NCBI GenBank assembly: GCA_038246545.1
Contig: JBBRVW010000005.1
Coordinates: forward strand, 21,729 to 85,728
Source of the DNA: Actinomycetes bacterium
GTDB taxonomy: Bacteria > Actinomycetota > Actinomycetes > JACCUZ01
DNA: 64,000 bases
Direction of reading: 5' to 3'
Positions 1 through 9,705 of the stretch are shown in pieces. The notes beneath the pieces were generated by a model. The model did no database searches. It had not been told where the DNA came from and saw nothing but the letters and a program-made list of their open reading frames with translations. A program made the translations under genes and the position numbers. Positions within the stretch are counted from its first letter, which is position 1; each line of letters opens with the position of its first letter.

Positions 1-112
1 CATTCTGCGGCGCCGGGCCCGCGCGCGGAAGGCCCCGGGATGCAGGGAGTGGCTGCGAGATCGCTGGGCTCCGGCTGGGAGACCGGACCCCCGGCCGCGG
101 CCGGGACGTGCA

Positions 113-154
113 ACGGCGCCGGTCGCGGGCCCCTCCTCCCGCGACCGACGCCGT
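113..154 (-). terminator. GC-rich hairpin, probable terminator of the CAP-domain gene
   Basis: ACGGCGCCGGTCGCGGG (113-129) pairs with CCCGCGACCGACGCCGT (138-154). The single mismatch is a G-U pair only on the minus strand. It lies 50 nt past the stop at 204. Confidence 0.55.
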
Positions 155-203
155 CGATCGGGTGCCGTGCGCCGCGGGGTCGAGCTGCCGGCGGCCTCGG
201 CGG

Positions 204-947
204 TCAGAACATCCGCGACCAGGTCTTCGGCCCGACGTTCCCGCGGCCGCGCCAGCCCTGGGCCTTCTGGTACCGCGCCACCGCGTGCCGGGTGTACGTG
301 CCGTAGTAGCCGGTCTGCCGCAGGTGCAGCCGTCCCTGGACCCGCTTGACCGTCGCGCCGGTGCTGCCGCGGCGCAGGGTGTGGGAGAAGGTGGCGACCG
401 TGCCGGACGACGTCCGCCTGGTGCTCGTCGAGAGGCGAAGCGGGCGGCGGAACACCTCGGCCACCCAGACCCGGCCGTCGACGGTCACCGCACCGATGCC
501 GACCTCGGTGTAGTCGCGGTCGAGGATGTTGGCCTTGTGGGCGGGGCTCAGCATGAAGGCCACGTGCACCGTCAGCGCGTCCGGGCCGTAGCCGACGTTC
601 TCGCCGACCCAGCGCCAGTTGGTGACGTCCGAGGTGAGTGTCGGGTTGTGGTACAGCGAGGTCCGGCCGGCCATCCGGCGGGCCTGGGCCCGGGCGACCT
701 CGACCAGTGCGGCCCGCGGGGTCAGCCGCGGGATGCCGCGCGTGGCGCGCTCGTGGTTGAGCCTGGTCGTGAACACGTCCTCGACCGAGCTGGCGCCCGC
801 AGGAGCCGCGGTCGCGGCGCCGGTGACCAGCGCGGTGACGACGACGGCGAGCGCCGTCAGGAACGCGGCGACCGTCCGCCGGGGAGCGCGCGCCGAGCCC
901 ACCTGCGCGCCGTGCGGCGCGGTCTGGCGGGAGGGGGTGTGAGCCAC
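204..947 (-). CDS. Secreted CAP/SCP-domain protein with C-terminal peptidoglycan-binding domain
   Basis: Signal peptide; CAP motifs LNHERA, GENVG, SPAHKANIL, VGIG; C-terminal LRRGSTGATVKRVQ...GNVGPKTW resembles PG_binding_1. Confidence 0.85.
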   Translation of the reverse strand: MAHTPSRQTAPHGAQVGSARAPRRTVAAFLTALAVVVTALVTGAATAAPAGASSVEDVFTTRLNHERATRGIPRLTPRAALVEVARAQARRMAGRTSLYHNPTLTSDVTNWRWVGENVGYGPDALTVHVAFMLSPAHKANILDRDYTEVGIGAVTVDGRVWVAEVFRRPLRLSTSTRRTSSGTVATFSHTLRRGSTGATVKRVQGRLHLRQTGYYGTYTRHAVARYQKAQGWRGRGNVGPKTWSRMF

Positions 948-1054
948 GTGGTGTCGTCTCCGAAGTCGGGAGTGGTGCCCTCACTACGTCGGCGCCGGCC
1001 GGCCGGGGCATGACTCCGCTGATCGGGTGACGCGCCGTGCGGCACACTTGACGC

Positions 1055-1915
1055 GTGCCTGAACTGCCCGAGGTGGAGGCATTGGCTGCCTTCCTCACCG
1101 AACGCGCGGTCGGCCGCGTCGTGGCGCGGGTCGACCTGGCCGCCCTGAGCGTGCTGAAGACCTACGACCCCCCGGTCAGCTCGCTCCAGGGCCTCGAGAT
1201 CACCGGTGTGGCCCGCCACGGCAAGTTCCTCGACCTCGACGTCTCCGGGCTGCACTTGGTCACGCACCTGGCCCGGGCCGGCTGGCTCCGGTGGTCGGAC
1301 GCGCTGTCCGACGTCCCGCCGCGGATGGGCAAGGGACCGCTGGGCGCCCGCGTGCACCTCGACGACGGCTCCGGCTTCGACCTCACGGAGGCCGGCACCC
1401 AGAAGCGGCTGGCCGTCTACGTCGTGCACTCGCCCTACGACGTGCCCGGCATCGCCCGGCTGGGCCCCGACCCGCTCTCCCCCGGGTTCGGCCGCGACGA
1501 CCTGGCCGCGCTGCTCACCGGATCCCGCCAGCAGCTCAAGGGGCTGCTGCGCGACCAGTCCGTGCTGGCCGGGGTGGGCAACGCGTACTCCGACGAGGTC
1601 CTGCACGCGGCCCGGCTGTCCCCGTTCCGGCTCGGCTCCTCGCTCAGCGACGCCGAGGTGGACGAGCTGTGGACGGCACTGCAGACCGTGCTGCGCGACG
1701 CCGTCGCCCGGGCGACGGGGCTGCGAGCCGGCGAGCTGAAGAAGGAGAAGAAGCTCGCCCTGCAGGTGCACGGCCGCACCGGCGCGGCCTGTCCGGTCTG
1801 CGGCGACACGATCCGAGAGGTCTCCTTCGCGGACTCGTCCCTGCAGTACTGCCCCACCTGCCAGACCGGTGGCAAGCCGCTGGCCGACCGGCGCCTGTCC
1901 CGCCTCCTCAAGTAG
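1055..1915 (+). CDS. Fpg/Nei family DNA glycosylase/AP lyase (second Fpg-type paralog)
   Basis: N-terminal PELPEVE, RHGKFL, H2TH motif GVGNAYSDEVL, zinc finger CPVC...CPTCQ. Confidence 0.93.
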   Translation: MPELPEVEALAAFLTERAVGRVVARVDLAALSVLKTYDPPVSSLQGLEITGVARHGKFLDLDVSGLHLVTHLARAGWLRWSDALSDVPPRMGKGPLGARVHLDDGSGFDLTEAGTQKRLAVYVVHSPYDVPGIARLGPDPLSPGFGRDDLAALLTGSRQQLKGLLRDQSVLAGVGNAYSDEVLHAARLSPFRLGSSLSDAEVDELWTALQTVLRDAVARATGLRAGELKKEKKLALQVHGRTGAACPVCGDTIREVSFADSSLQYCPTCQTGGKPLADRRLSRLLK

Positions 1916-1949
1916 GGGGGACCTTCAGGCGACCGGTGAAAGTTCCCCC
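1916..1949 (+). terminator. Imperfect inverted repeat after the fpg-like gene
   Basis: GGGGGACCTTCA...TGAAAGTTCCCCC directly after the TAG stop. Confidence 0.35.
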
Positions 1950-2094
1950 TCTCGGGGTGAACCTCGTCACTCTCCGCGACGTCTAGACTGGTGAGTCCGG
2001 GTGCGGCATGTGCCCGGGCACTTGTGCGTGCCTGACCCATCGGCACCACCGCCGCCAGCCGGAGTTCCCGCCGGCCCGCCCAGGACAGGACCCC

Positions 2095-4080
2095 GTGACC
2101 TCGACCGCCACCCCGCCTGACGTGTCGGCGAAGGTGCGCACCCGGTCGATCGGTCGTCGGCGCCGGGTCAAGCCGACCCCGCGACGGCGCTGGGCCGGCC
2201 CGGTGGCAGCCCTGGCGCTGGTCGGCCTGGTGCTCCTCGGGATCTGGGTCTGGTGGCTCGCGACCGGTCTGCTCGACGCCGCCCGCACCGTGCAGGACCG
2301 CGCCGCGGTGGCCCAGACCGAGCTCGAGCAGTTCCGGGACACCCTCAAGGCCGGCGACGAGGTGCAGGCGAAGGCGCACCTCGACGCCGGGCAGAAGGCG
2401 CTGGCCGAGGCCAGGGACGCCGCCCAGGTCCGCCAGGTGCGGATGGCCAAGGGCCTGCCCTACGTCGGCAGCACGGTCGACGACCTCGACCACCTGCTCG
2501 CAGCGGCCGGCATCATGACCCGGTCCGGGACCAGTGCCCTCAAGGTCTACGAGAACTTCTCCGGCGAGGACTCGAAGCTGTTCACGAACGGGCGCTTTAG
2601 CATCCCGGCGATCCGGCAGGCGCAGGGCTCGGCCGAGAGGATCAAGGCCTCGATGGACCGGGCCCAGGCCCAGCTCGAGCAGGTCACGGGCCACGGGCCC
2701 AAGGGCGGCCAGGCGCTGGAGAAGAAGAAGTCGGCGCTGGCGCAGATCGCCTCGCTGCGCCAGGAGATCGTGTCCCTCGGCCCGCTGCTCGACTCCATGC
2801 CGGACGCGGTCGGCGCCAACGGGAAGAAGACCTACCTCGTCGCGATCATGAACCCGGCCGAGATGCGGGCCTCCGGTGGTGCCCCGCTCTCGGTGGCGTT
2901 CGTGCGGTTCAACGACGGCAAGATGTCGGTGCCCGAGAAGGGCCAGACCTCGGCGCTGACCAACACCAACGCCGAGTTCTACTGGGACCGGCTCAGCGGC
3001 AAGAACGACCCGTTCGCGCTGCCGGCTGGTGCGGCGGAGCGGTTCGTCAACACGACGTTCAACCCGGACTTCGCCACCTCCGGCGAGCAGATGGTGCGGG
3101 CCACCCCCGCCAACTTCGGCCGCAAGACCGACGGCGTCATCGCGCTCGACATCGCCGCCATCGGACACCTGCTCGACCTGACCGGTCCGATCAAGACCGA
3201 CTTCTACGGCACCCTGACCGGCAAGAACCTCGCGAAGAAGCTGGTCGTCAAGGCGTATACCTTCGGCAGCGACGACGCGTCCGTGGGCATCCGGCACGAC
3301 GTCAACGACCAGCTGATGACCGTGATGCTCAGCCGGCTCACCGACGGCGGCGGCTTGATCGGCAAGGCCCGGGCCCTCGGCCTGGCGATCCCCGGCCGGC
3401 ACCTGCAGATGTACTTCCGCGACCCCAAGCTGCAGAAGGTCGTCGTCGAGAAGGGGCTGGGCGGCACCGTCCCGGTACGCAGGACCGGCAACCTCTCGGC
3501 CGTCTACACCCAGAACGGCAACGGCAACAAGATGGACGTGTTCCAGAAGCGCACGGTCAGCGAGACCGTGAAGCTGCGCGCCGACGGCTCCGCCCTGGTC
3601 CGTCGGACCGTCCACCTCGAGAACCCCACCCCGCCGTACACGGCTCCGTTCCCGGACCGGCACCGCGGCTACGACACCCGCTGGGCCACCAACCTCGTCA
3701 TCAACCTGATGCCCGTGGGCGCGAAGGTCACCAAGCAGCCGGTCGTCGCGCTGGCCGCCACCGTCGCCTCCGGCCAGGACCAGGACGGCCACACGTATGC
3801 CAAGGCGGCTGTCTCGCTCCCCCCGGACGGCTCGGCCGACGTGAGCTGGAGCTACCTCGTGAAGAACGCAGCCGTGGTCAAGGGCGACCGGATGTACTTC
3901 CGCGACTACGTCGCCCCGCAGGCGATGCTCAACAGCCCCACGCTGGACCTCACCGTGGCGGCGCCGAAGGGCTGGGTGGCCCAGCCGGCCAAGGGCTGGA
4001 CCTCGGACGGCGACACGGTCGCGACCAGCGTGCCGATGGACCACCTCCAGGTCCTCAAGGTGCTGCTCACCAAGAGGTAG
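2095..4080 (+). CDS. DUF4012-domain membrane-anchored protein
   Basis: N-terminal TM helix, helical stalk, motifs MNPAEMRASGG, NTTFNPDF, DGVIALD, NGNKMD. GTG at 2095 follows an AGGA RBS. Confidence 0.8.
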   Translation: MTSTATPPDVSAKVRTRSIGRRRRVKPTPRRRWAGPVAALALVGLVLLGIWVWWLATGLLDAARTVQDRAAVAQTELEQFRDTLKAGDEVQAKAHLDAGQKALAEARDAAQVRQVRMAKGLPYVGSTVDDLDHLLAAAGIMTRSGTSALKVYENFSGEDSKLFTNGRFSIPAIRQAQGSAERIKASMDRAQAQLEQVTGHGPKGGQALEKKKSALAQIASLRQEIVSLGPLLDSMPDAVGANGKKTYLVAIMNPAEMRASGGAPLSVAFVRFNDGKMSVPEKGQTSALTNTNAEFYWDRLSGKNDPFALPAGAAERFVNTTFNPDFATSGEQMVRATPANFGRKTDGVIALDIAAIGHLLDLTGPIKTDFYGTLTGKNLAKKLVVKAYTFGSDDASVGIRHDVNDQLMTVMLSRLTDGGGLIGKARALGLAIPGRHLQMYFRDPKLQKVVVEKGLGGTVPVRRTGNLSAVYTQNGNGNKMDVFQKRTVSETVKLRADGSALVRRTVHLENPTPPYTAPFPDRHRGYDTRWATNLVINLMPVGAKVTKQPVVALAATVASGQDQDGHTYAKAAVSLPPDGSADVSWSYLVKNAAVVKGDRMYFRDYVAPQAMLNSPTLDLTVAAPKGWVAQPAKGWTSDGDTVATSVPMDHLQVLKVLLTKR

Positions 4081-4164
4081 CCGGCCGTCACCCGATGCGT
4101 CTTGGCAGGGTCAGCCAGCATGGATAGGTTGCGCGGCACCGCTTCGCAACCCTCGGGGAGAACC

Positions 4165-6042
4165 ATGTCCGTCCGTCACCTGCGACTCACCACGGCCGCC
4201 GCTGCCGCAGCACTCGCTGCGACCGCACTCCTCGGGTCGGGAGCCGCCACCGCAGCGCCCGCCCAGGGCAACCCGCACCTGCTGAACCTGCAGATCCTGT
4301 CGTTCAACGACTTCCACGGGAACCTCGAGCCCCCGTCGGGGTCCAGCGGCCGCGTCATCGTCAGCGACAACTACCGCGAGACGTCGACGACCACCAACGG
4401 GAACACCACGTACGCGATCACGGCGGACACCGTGAACGCTGGCGGCGTCAGCTACCTGGCGACCCACCTCTCCCAGGCCCGCCAGGGACACCCGGACACC
4501 GTGACGGTCGCCGCCGGCGACATCGTCGGAGCCTCGCCGCTGCTCAGTGCAGCGTTCCACGACGAGCCCACCATCGAGGCGATGAACAACCTCGGCCTCG
4601 AGGCCACGGCGGTCGGCAACCACGAGTTCGACGAGGGCTTCCAGGAGCTCCAGCGACTCGACGCGGGTGGCTGCCTCGACGACGGTGCGGGCAAGGACAA
4701 CCAGGACTCCTGCCCGGCTGGCAAGTCGTTCACCGGCGCGGACTTCGCCATTCTCGCCGCGAACGTCAAGTACGCCGGCACGGACCAGACCATCCTGCCC
4801 GGCACCTGGGTCAAGACCTTCCCCAACGGCGCCAAGGTCGGCTTCATCGGCATGACGCTGAAGGAGACGCCGTCGATCGTCACCCAGGCCGGTGTGCAGG
4901 GCCTCGAGTTCACCGACGAGGTCACGACGGCCAACGCTGCGGCCAAGCAGCTCATGAAGCAGGGTGTCAAGGCGATCGTGGTGCTGCTGCACCAGGGCGC
5001 CACGCCGCTGCGCACCGCGAGCTTCACCGGCCCGAACACCTCGTCGACGACGCTCGAGCACCGCTATGACTGGGCCTGCGACCTCAGTGGGCAGAGCCAG
5101 GGGCTGGACCCGACGAGCGCCGTGCTGCCGATCGCGGAGAACCTCAGCCCGCAGATCGACATGATCATCTCGGGCCACACCCACCAGCCCTACGTCTGCG
5201 ACATTCCCGACCCGGACGGCAACAGCCGCCTCGTCACCAGTGCCTCGTCCTTCGGTCGGCTGTTCACCGAGACCGACCTCGTCTACAACGCGAAGTCGCG
5301 AGACATCGTGCGCGCCTCGGTCAAGGGGGCGAACAAGGTCGTGACCCGGACGGTCGCTCCGGATGCCACCGAGAACTCGCTCATCGCGATGTACAAGCAG
5401 CTCATCGCGCCGATCGCCAACAAGGTGATCGGCACGATCGGCACGAAGACGATCAGCCGGTCGAAGACCAACGGTGAATCGCCGCTGGGCGACCTGATCG
5501 CCGACTCTCAGCGCACCGACCCGAGCGTCGTCAAGGGGAGCAAGGTTCCGCAGATCGCGTTCATGAACCCTGGCGGCATCCGGGCCGACCTGATCTCGAC
5601 GGACACGACGGCACCGTTCGACGTGACCTACGAGCAGGCGTTCACGGTGCAGCCGTTCAACAACTACGTCGTGTCGATGGACATGACCGGGGCCCAGGTC
5701 AAGGACCTGCTGCGCCAGCAGTGGTCCGGGTCGAACGGCGGCTCGGCGAACGAGAAGTTCCTCGAGGTCTCTGACGGCTTCCGCTACACCTACTCAGGCG
5801 TCGCCGGCGGCCGGGTCCTGGGTGACGTCACCTTCAACGGTGCCCAGCTGGGCGGCGGCACGGTCTATCGCGTGGTCGCCAACAGCTTCCTCTCCGACGG
5901 CGGCGACAACTTCGCCGCGTTCAGGCTCGGTCAGGACAAGCTGATCGGTGGCCTCGACATCGACTCGCTGGCCCGCTACCTCACGGCCAACCCGGGCTAC
6001 CAGCCGCTCGCGCCGGGCACCCGGATCGTCAAGACCGGCTGA
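4165..6042 (+). CDS. Secreted bifunctional metallophosphatase/5'-nucleotidase
   Basis: FNDFHGNL, AGD, GNHEFD, SGHTH, MNPGGIRA and QPFNN motifs; signal peptide; GGGGAG RBS before ATG 4165. Confidence 0.93.
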   Translation: MSVRHLRLTTAAAAAALAATALLGSGAATAAPAQGNPHLLNLQILSFNDFHGNLEPPSGSSGRVIVSDNYRETSTTTNGNTTYAITADTVNAGGVSYLATHLSQARQGHPDTVTVAAGDIVGASPLLSAAFHDEPTIEAMNNLGLEATAVGNHEFDEGFQELQRLDAGGCLDDGAGKDNQDSCPAGKSFTGADFAILAANVKYAGTDQTILPGTWVKTFPNGAKVGFIGMTLKETPSIVTQAGVQGLEFTDEVTTANAAAKQLMKQGVKAIVVLLHQGATPLRTASFTGPNTSSTTLEHRYDWACDLSGQSQGLDPTSAVLPIAENLSPQIDMIISGHTHQPYVCDIPDPDGNSRLVTSASSFGRLFTETDLVYNAKSRDIVRASVKGANKVVTRTVAPDATENSLIAMYKQLIAPIANKVIGTIGTKTISRSKTNGESPLGDLIADSQRTDPSVVKGSKVPQIAFMNPGGIRADLISTDTTAPFDVTYEQAFTVQPFNNYVVSMDMTGAQVKDLLRQQWSGSNGGSANEKFLEVSDGFRYTYSGVAGGRVLGDVTFNGAQLGGGTVYRVVANSFLSDGGDNFAAFRLGQDKLIGGLDIDSLARYLTANPGYQPLAPGTRIVKTG

Positions 6043-6060
6043 GCTCCGCACGCCGCACGC

Positions 6061-6096
6061 GCGAGGGCCGCGACCCGCACGGGTCGCGGCCCTCGC
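6061..6096. terminator. Bidirectional hairpin terminator between convergent genes
   Basis: Perfect 16-bp stem GCGAGGGCCGCGACCC-gcac-GGGTCGCGGCCCTCGC between the nucleotidase (+) and rmlC (-). Confidence 0.75.
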
Positions 6097-6118
6097 CGCG
6101 TCCCGACACCCGCTGCGC

Positions 6119-6718
6119 TCAGGCGCGCAGGGACTGGTAGTACGTGCGGCACTCGTCGTACGACGGGAGCAGCCCGGCGGCCTCGGCCTCAGCCAGCGTG
6201 GGGGCGGCGGCGTCCTTGGCCGAGAGCAGCGGCTCGACCCCCGCCGGCCACTCGATCCCGATGGCCGGGTCGAGGGGGTTGATGCCGTGCTCGCGACCGG
6301 GGTCGTAGCCCTCGGAGCACAGGTAGCAGATGACGGTGTTGTCGGTCAGCGCGACGAACACGTGGCCGAGTCCTTCGGCGACGTAGACAGCCTTGCGGTC
6401 GGTGCCGTCGAGCAGCACCGAGTCCCACCGGCCGAAGGTCGGGGAGCCGACGCGGATGTCGACCACGACGTCGAGCAGCGCACCCGACGGGCAGGTGACG
6501 TACTTCGCCTGGCCGGGCGGGACGTCGGCGAAGTGGATGCCGCGGACGGTGCCCCTGCTGCTCACCGAGATGTTCGCCTGCTCGAGCACCAGCGGGTGGC
6601 CGACAGCCTCGGCGAACGCCCGGCCCTTGAACCACTCGAGGAACACGCCGCGGTCATCGCTGTGCTGGACGGGCGTGATCTCGAACGCGTCCGGGACCTT
6701 CAGCTCCCGGACCTGCAT
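6119..6718 (-). CDS. rmlC: dTDP-4-dehydrorhamnose 3,5-epimerase
   Basis: DDRGVFLEWF, GTVRGIHF, GQAKYV, DIRVGSPTFG, GLGHVF, LLSAKD. Confidence 0.95.
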   Translation of the reverse strand: MQVRELKVPDAFEITPVQHSDDRGVFLEWFKGRAFAEAVGHPLVLEQANISVSSRGTVRGIHFADVPPGQAKYVTCPSGALLDVVVDIRVGSPTFGRWDSVLLDGTDRKAVYVAEGLGHVFVALTDNTVICYLCSEGYDPGREHGINPLDPAIGIEWPAGVEPLLSAKDAAAPTLAEAEAAGLLPSYDECRTYYQSLRA

Positions 6719-6734
6719 CCCTCTGGCCGTCACC

Positions 6735-7610
6735 TCAAGCCCCCTCGACCTCGGACAGGACGTCGAGCAGGTACTCGCCGTACCCGCTCTTGCGGAGCGG
6801 CTCGGCGAGCACCCGTAGCTGCGCGCCGTCGATGAAGCCCTCGCGGAACGCGACCTCCTCGATGCAGCCCACCTTGATGCCCTGCCGCTCCTCGACCGCC
6901 TGCACGAAGGCGGCGGCCTGCATGAGCGACTCAAAGGTGCCGGTGTCGAGCCACGCGGTACCGCGGTCGAGCACCGTGACGGTGAGGCGTCCGCGGTCGA
7001 GGTACTCCGCGTTGACCGTGGTGATCTCGAGCTCGCCGCGGGCGCTGGGCTTCAGGGTGCGGGCGATCTCGACCACGTCGTTGTCGTAGAAGTAGAGGCC
7101 CGGGACGGCGTAGCGGCTGCGGGGCTGCTCGGGCTTCTCCTCGATCGACACGACCGAGCCGTCCTCGTCGAACTCCACGACGCCGTACGCCGTGGGGTCG
7201 GCCACCCGGTAGGCGAAGACACGGCCGCCGGCGACGTCGTTGTTCGCCTTGAGCGACCGGCCGAGCCCGGCGCCGTAGAAGATGTTGTCGCCGAGCACCA
7301 GAGCCACCGACTCGTCGCCGATGAAGTCGGCACCGATGACGAAGGCCTGGGCCAGCCCCTCGGGTCGCGGCTGGACCGCGTACTCCAGCCGGATCCCGAG
7401 GTCGCTGCCGTCACCGAGCAGGTGCTGGAACTGCGCCTGGTCCTCCGGCGTCGTGATCACGAGGATCTCGCGGATGCCGGCCATCATCAGCGTCGAGAGC
7501 GGGTAATAGATCATCGGCTTGTCGTAGACCGGCATGATCTGCTTGCTGATCCCCCGGGTGATGGGGTACAGCCGGGTCCCTGATCCCCCGGCGAGGATGA
7601 TCCCGCGCAT
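6735..7610 (-). CDS. rmlA: Glucose-1-phosphate thymidylyltransferase
   Basis: [51 protein letters not shown]. Confidence 0.97.
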   Translation of the reverse strand: MRGIILAGGSGTRLYPITRGISKQIMPVYDKPMIYYPLSTLMMAGIREILVITTPEDQAQFQHLLGDGSDLGIRLEYAVQPRPEGLAQAFVIGADFIGDESVALVLGDNIFYGAGLGRSLKANNDVAGGRVFAYRVADPTAYGVVEFDEDGSVVSIEEKPEQPRSRYAVPGLYFYDNDVVEIARTLKPSARGELEITTVNAEYLDRGRLTVTVLDRGTAWLDTGTFESLMQAAAFVQAVEERQGIKVGCIEEVAFREGFIDGAQLRVLAEPLRKSGYGEYLLDVLSEVEGA

Positions 7611-7739
7611 GGGGGGCCACGCTAGCGGGTGCACCGCCGGTGGGCCCCGCCGCGCAGAGGGCGAGGTCGGCCGCGGGGGACGCCCTAGACTTCCGCTTCA
7701 TGCGCAGCGTGCGGCCACTGCCGTGAGGTCGGTCCGGCG

Positions 7740-8591
7740 GTGAGGTGGCTCGTCACGGGCGCCGGCGGTATGCTCGGCCGCGACCTCGTGGAGGTCCTCG
7801 CGGCCCGCGGCGCCGAGCTGACCGCGGTGACCCGCTCGGACCTGGACGTCACCGACGCCGGTGCGGTCGCGGCGGCCGTGCCTGGTCACGACGTCGTCGT
7901 CAACGCGGCGGCGTGGACCGACGTCGACGGTGCGGAGACGAGCGAGGCCGACGCGACCCGGGTCAACGGGCTGGGCCCGCAGCTGCTCGCGGCGGCGTGC
8001 GCGGCCGAGCGTGCGCGCCTCGTGCACGTCTCGACCGACTACGTGTTCGACGGCACCGGGACCGTGCCGTACGCCGAGGACGCCCCGCTGGCGCCCCGGA
8101 CGGCGTACGGCCGGTCGAAGGCGGCCGGCGAGCAGGCTGTCCGGCAGCTGCTGCCCGACACGTCGTACGTCGTGCGCACGGCGTGGCTCTACGGCGAGCA
8201 CGGCGGCAACTTCGTGCGCACGATGGCCACCCTGGAGAAGACGAAGGACACCCTGGAGGTCGTCGACGACCAGGTGGGTTCGCCCACCTGGTCCCGCGAG
8301 GTCGCCGAGGCCGTGCACCGGCTGGTCAGCGCCGACGCGCCGGCCGGGACCTACCACGCGACCGCCGAGGGCCGCACCTCGTGGTGCGGGCTGGCCCGCG
8401 CGGTGTTCGAGGAGATCGGTGCCGACCCCGACCGGGTCCGCGCGACGACGACCGACCGCTTCCCGCGGCCGGCGCCGCGGCCGGCGTTCAGCGTGCTCGG
8501 CCACGACGCCTGGCATCGTGCCGGCGTCGCCGCGCCGGGCGAGTGGCGGGCGATGCTGCACGCCGCGGCGCCGGCCGTGACCGGGCGGTAG
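7740..8591 (+). CDS. rmlD: dTDP-4-dehydrorhamnose reductase
   Basis: VTGAGGMLG, AAWTDVDGAE, STDYVFDG, YGRSKAAGE, DDQVGSPT, RPAPRP. Confidence 0.95.
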   Translation: MRWLVTGAGGMLGRDLVEVLAARGAELTAVTRSDLDVTDAGAVAAAVPGHDVVVNAAAWTDVDGAETSEADATRVNGLGPQLLAAACAAERARLVHVSTDYVFDGTGTVPYAEDAPLAPRTAYGRSKAAGEQAVRQLLPDTSYVVRTAWLYGEHGGNFVRTMATLEKTKDTLEVVDDQVGSPTWSREVAEAVHRLVSADAPAGTYHATAEGRTSWCGLARAVFEEIGADPDRVRATTTDRFPRPAPRPAFSVLGHDAWHRAGVAAPGEWRAMLHAAAPAVTGR

Positions 8592-8595
8592 CCGG

Positions 8596-9705
8596 GTGCG
8601 CATCGCGATGCTGGGCACCCGTGGGGTCCCGCCCCGGTACGGGGGGTTCGAGACCGCGGTCGACGAGGTGGGCCGGCGGCTGGTCCAGGCCGGCCACGAG
8701 GTCGTCGTCTACTGCCGCAACCCCGGGCAGACCCTGCACGAGCACGACGGCATGCGGTTGGTGAACCTCCCGGCGGTCCGGCGCCGCGAGCTGGAGACCC
8801 TGTCGCACACGTTCCTCTCGGCGGTGCACGCCGCCGTGCGTGTCCGCCCGGACGTCGCCCTGGTCTTCAACGCGGCCAACGCCCCGCTGGTCCCGCTGCT
8901 GCGGGCGGCCCGCATCCCGACTGCGGTGCACGTCGACGGGCTCGAGTGGCAGCGCGCCAAGTGGCAGGGTCTCGGCGCCCGCTACTACAAGGCAGCCGAG
9001 CGGTGGAGCATGCGGTGGGCCGACGAGGTCGTCGCCGACGCCCGCGGCATCGCCGACCACCTGCACGCGGCGCACGGCCGCCAGGCGGTGTTCATCCCCT
9101 ACGGCGCGCCGCTCGTCGACGCCGGCTCCGACCGCCTCGGCACCCTCGGGTTGGAGCCGCGCGGCTACCACCTCGTCGTGGCGCGGTTCGAGCCCGAGAA
9201 CCACCTGGACGAGCTGGTCGAGGGCCGGCTGCTCAGCACCGCCTGCCAGCCGCTGGTCGTCGTCGGCGGCGCGCCGTACGCCGAGGGCTACGAGTCGCGG
9301 GTGCGCGCCCGGGCCGCGGGCGACGACCGGGTGCGCTTCCTCGGCGCCGTCTACGAGGACCAGGCGCTCCTCGACCAGCTCTACGCCGGCGCCACGTCGT
9401 ACCTGCACGGGCACTCGGTGGGCGGCACCAACCCGTCGCTGCTGCGGGCGATGGGCGCGGGAGCCCCGGTCACGGCGTGGGACGTCGTGTTCAACCAGGA
9501 GGTCACTGACGGGGCGGCCCGCTACGTGCGCACGCCGGCCGAGGTCGCGGCGGCTCTGCTGGCCGACGAGCAGGACCCGGTGGCCGCCAAGGAGCGCGGC
9601 GAGGTGCTGCGCGAGCGGGCCTGCACCGCCTACGTGTGGGACGACGTGGCGCGCGACTACGAGATCCTGTGCGAGCGGCTGAGCGCCCGGCGGACGGCCC
9701 GGTGA
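8596..9705 (+). CDS. GT4 glycosyltransferase with DUF1972 (RgpA/WchF-like rhamnosyltransferase)
   Basis: GTRGVPPRYGGFET, VDGLEWQRAKW, ARFEPEN, HGHSVGGTNPSLLRAM. Confidence 0.85.
   Translation: MRIAMLGTRGVPPRYGGFETAVDEVGRRLVQAGHEVVVYCRNPGQTLHEHDGMRLVNLPAVRRRELETLSHTFLSAVHAAVRVRPDVALVFNAANAPLVPLLRAARIPTAVHVDGLEWQRAKWQGLGARYYKAAERWSMRWADEVVADARGIADHLHAAHGRQAVFIPYGAPLVDAGSDRLGTLGLEPRGYHLVVARFEPENHLDELVEGRLLSTACQPLVVVGGAPYAEGYESRVRARAAGDDRVRFLGAVYEDQALLDQLYAGATSYLHGHSVGGTNPSLLRAMGAGAPVTAWDVVFNQEVTDGAARYVRTPAEVAAALLADEQDPVAAKERGEVLRERACTAYVWDDVARDYEILCERLSARRTAR

Noticed and set aside
1912-1975. c-di-AMP (ydaO) riboswitch suggested by GGGGGACC and GGGGTGAA
   Set aside because: The upstream GAATCC and downstream CCCGTCAGCTAAC elements are missing. 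The sequence is better explained as a hairpin after the fpg-like stop.
1435-4044. 869-aa minus-strand ORF and similar long ORFs (13682-15739, 27596-29785, 31310-33472, 47824-50922, 48530-51172)
   Set aside because: Antisense or off-frame shadows of real genes in high-GC DNA: Arg/Gly/Pro-rich with no domain motifs.
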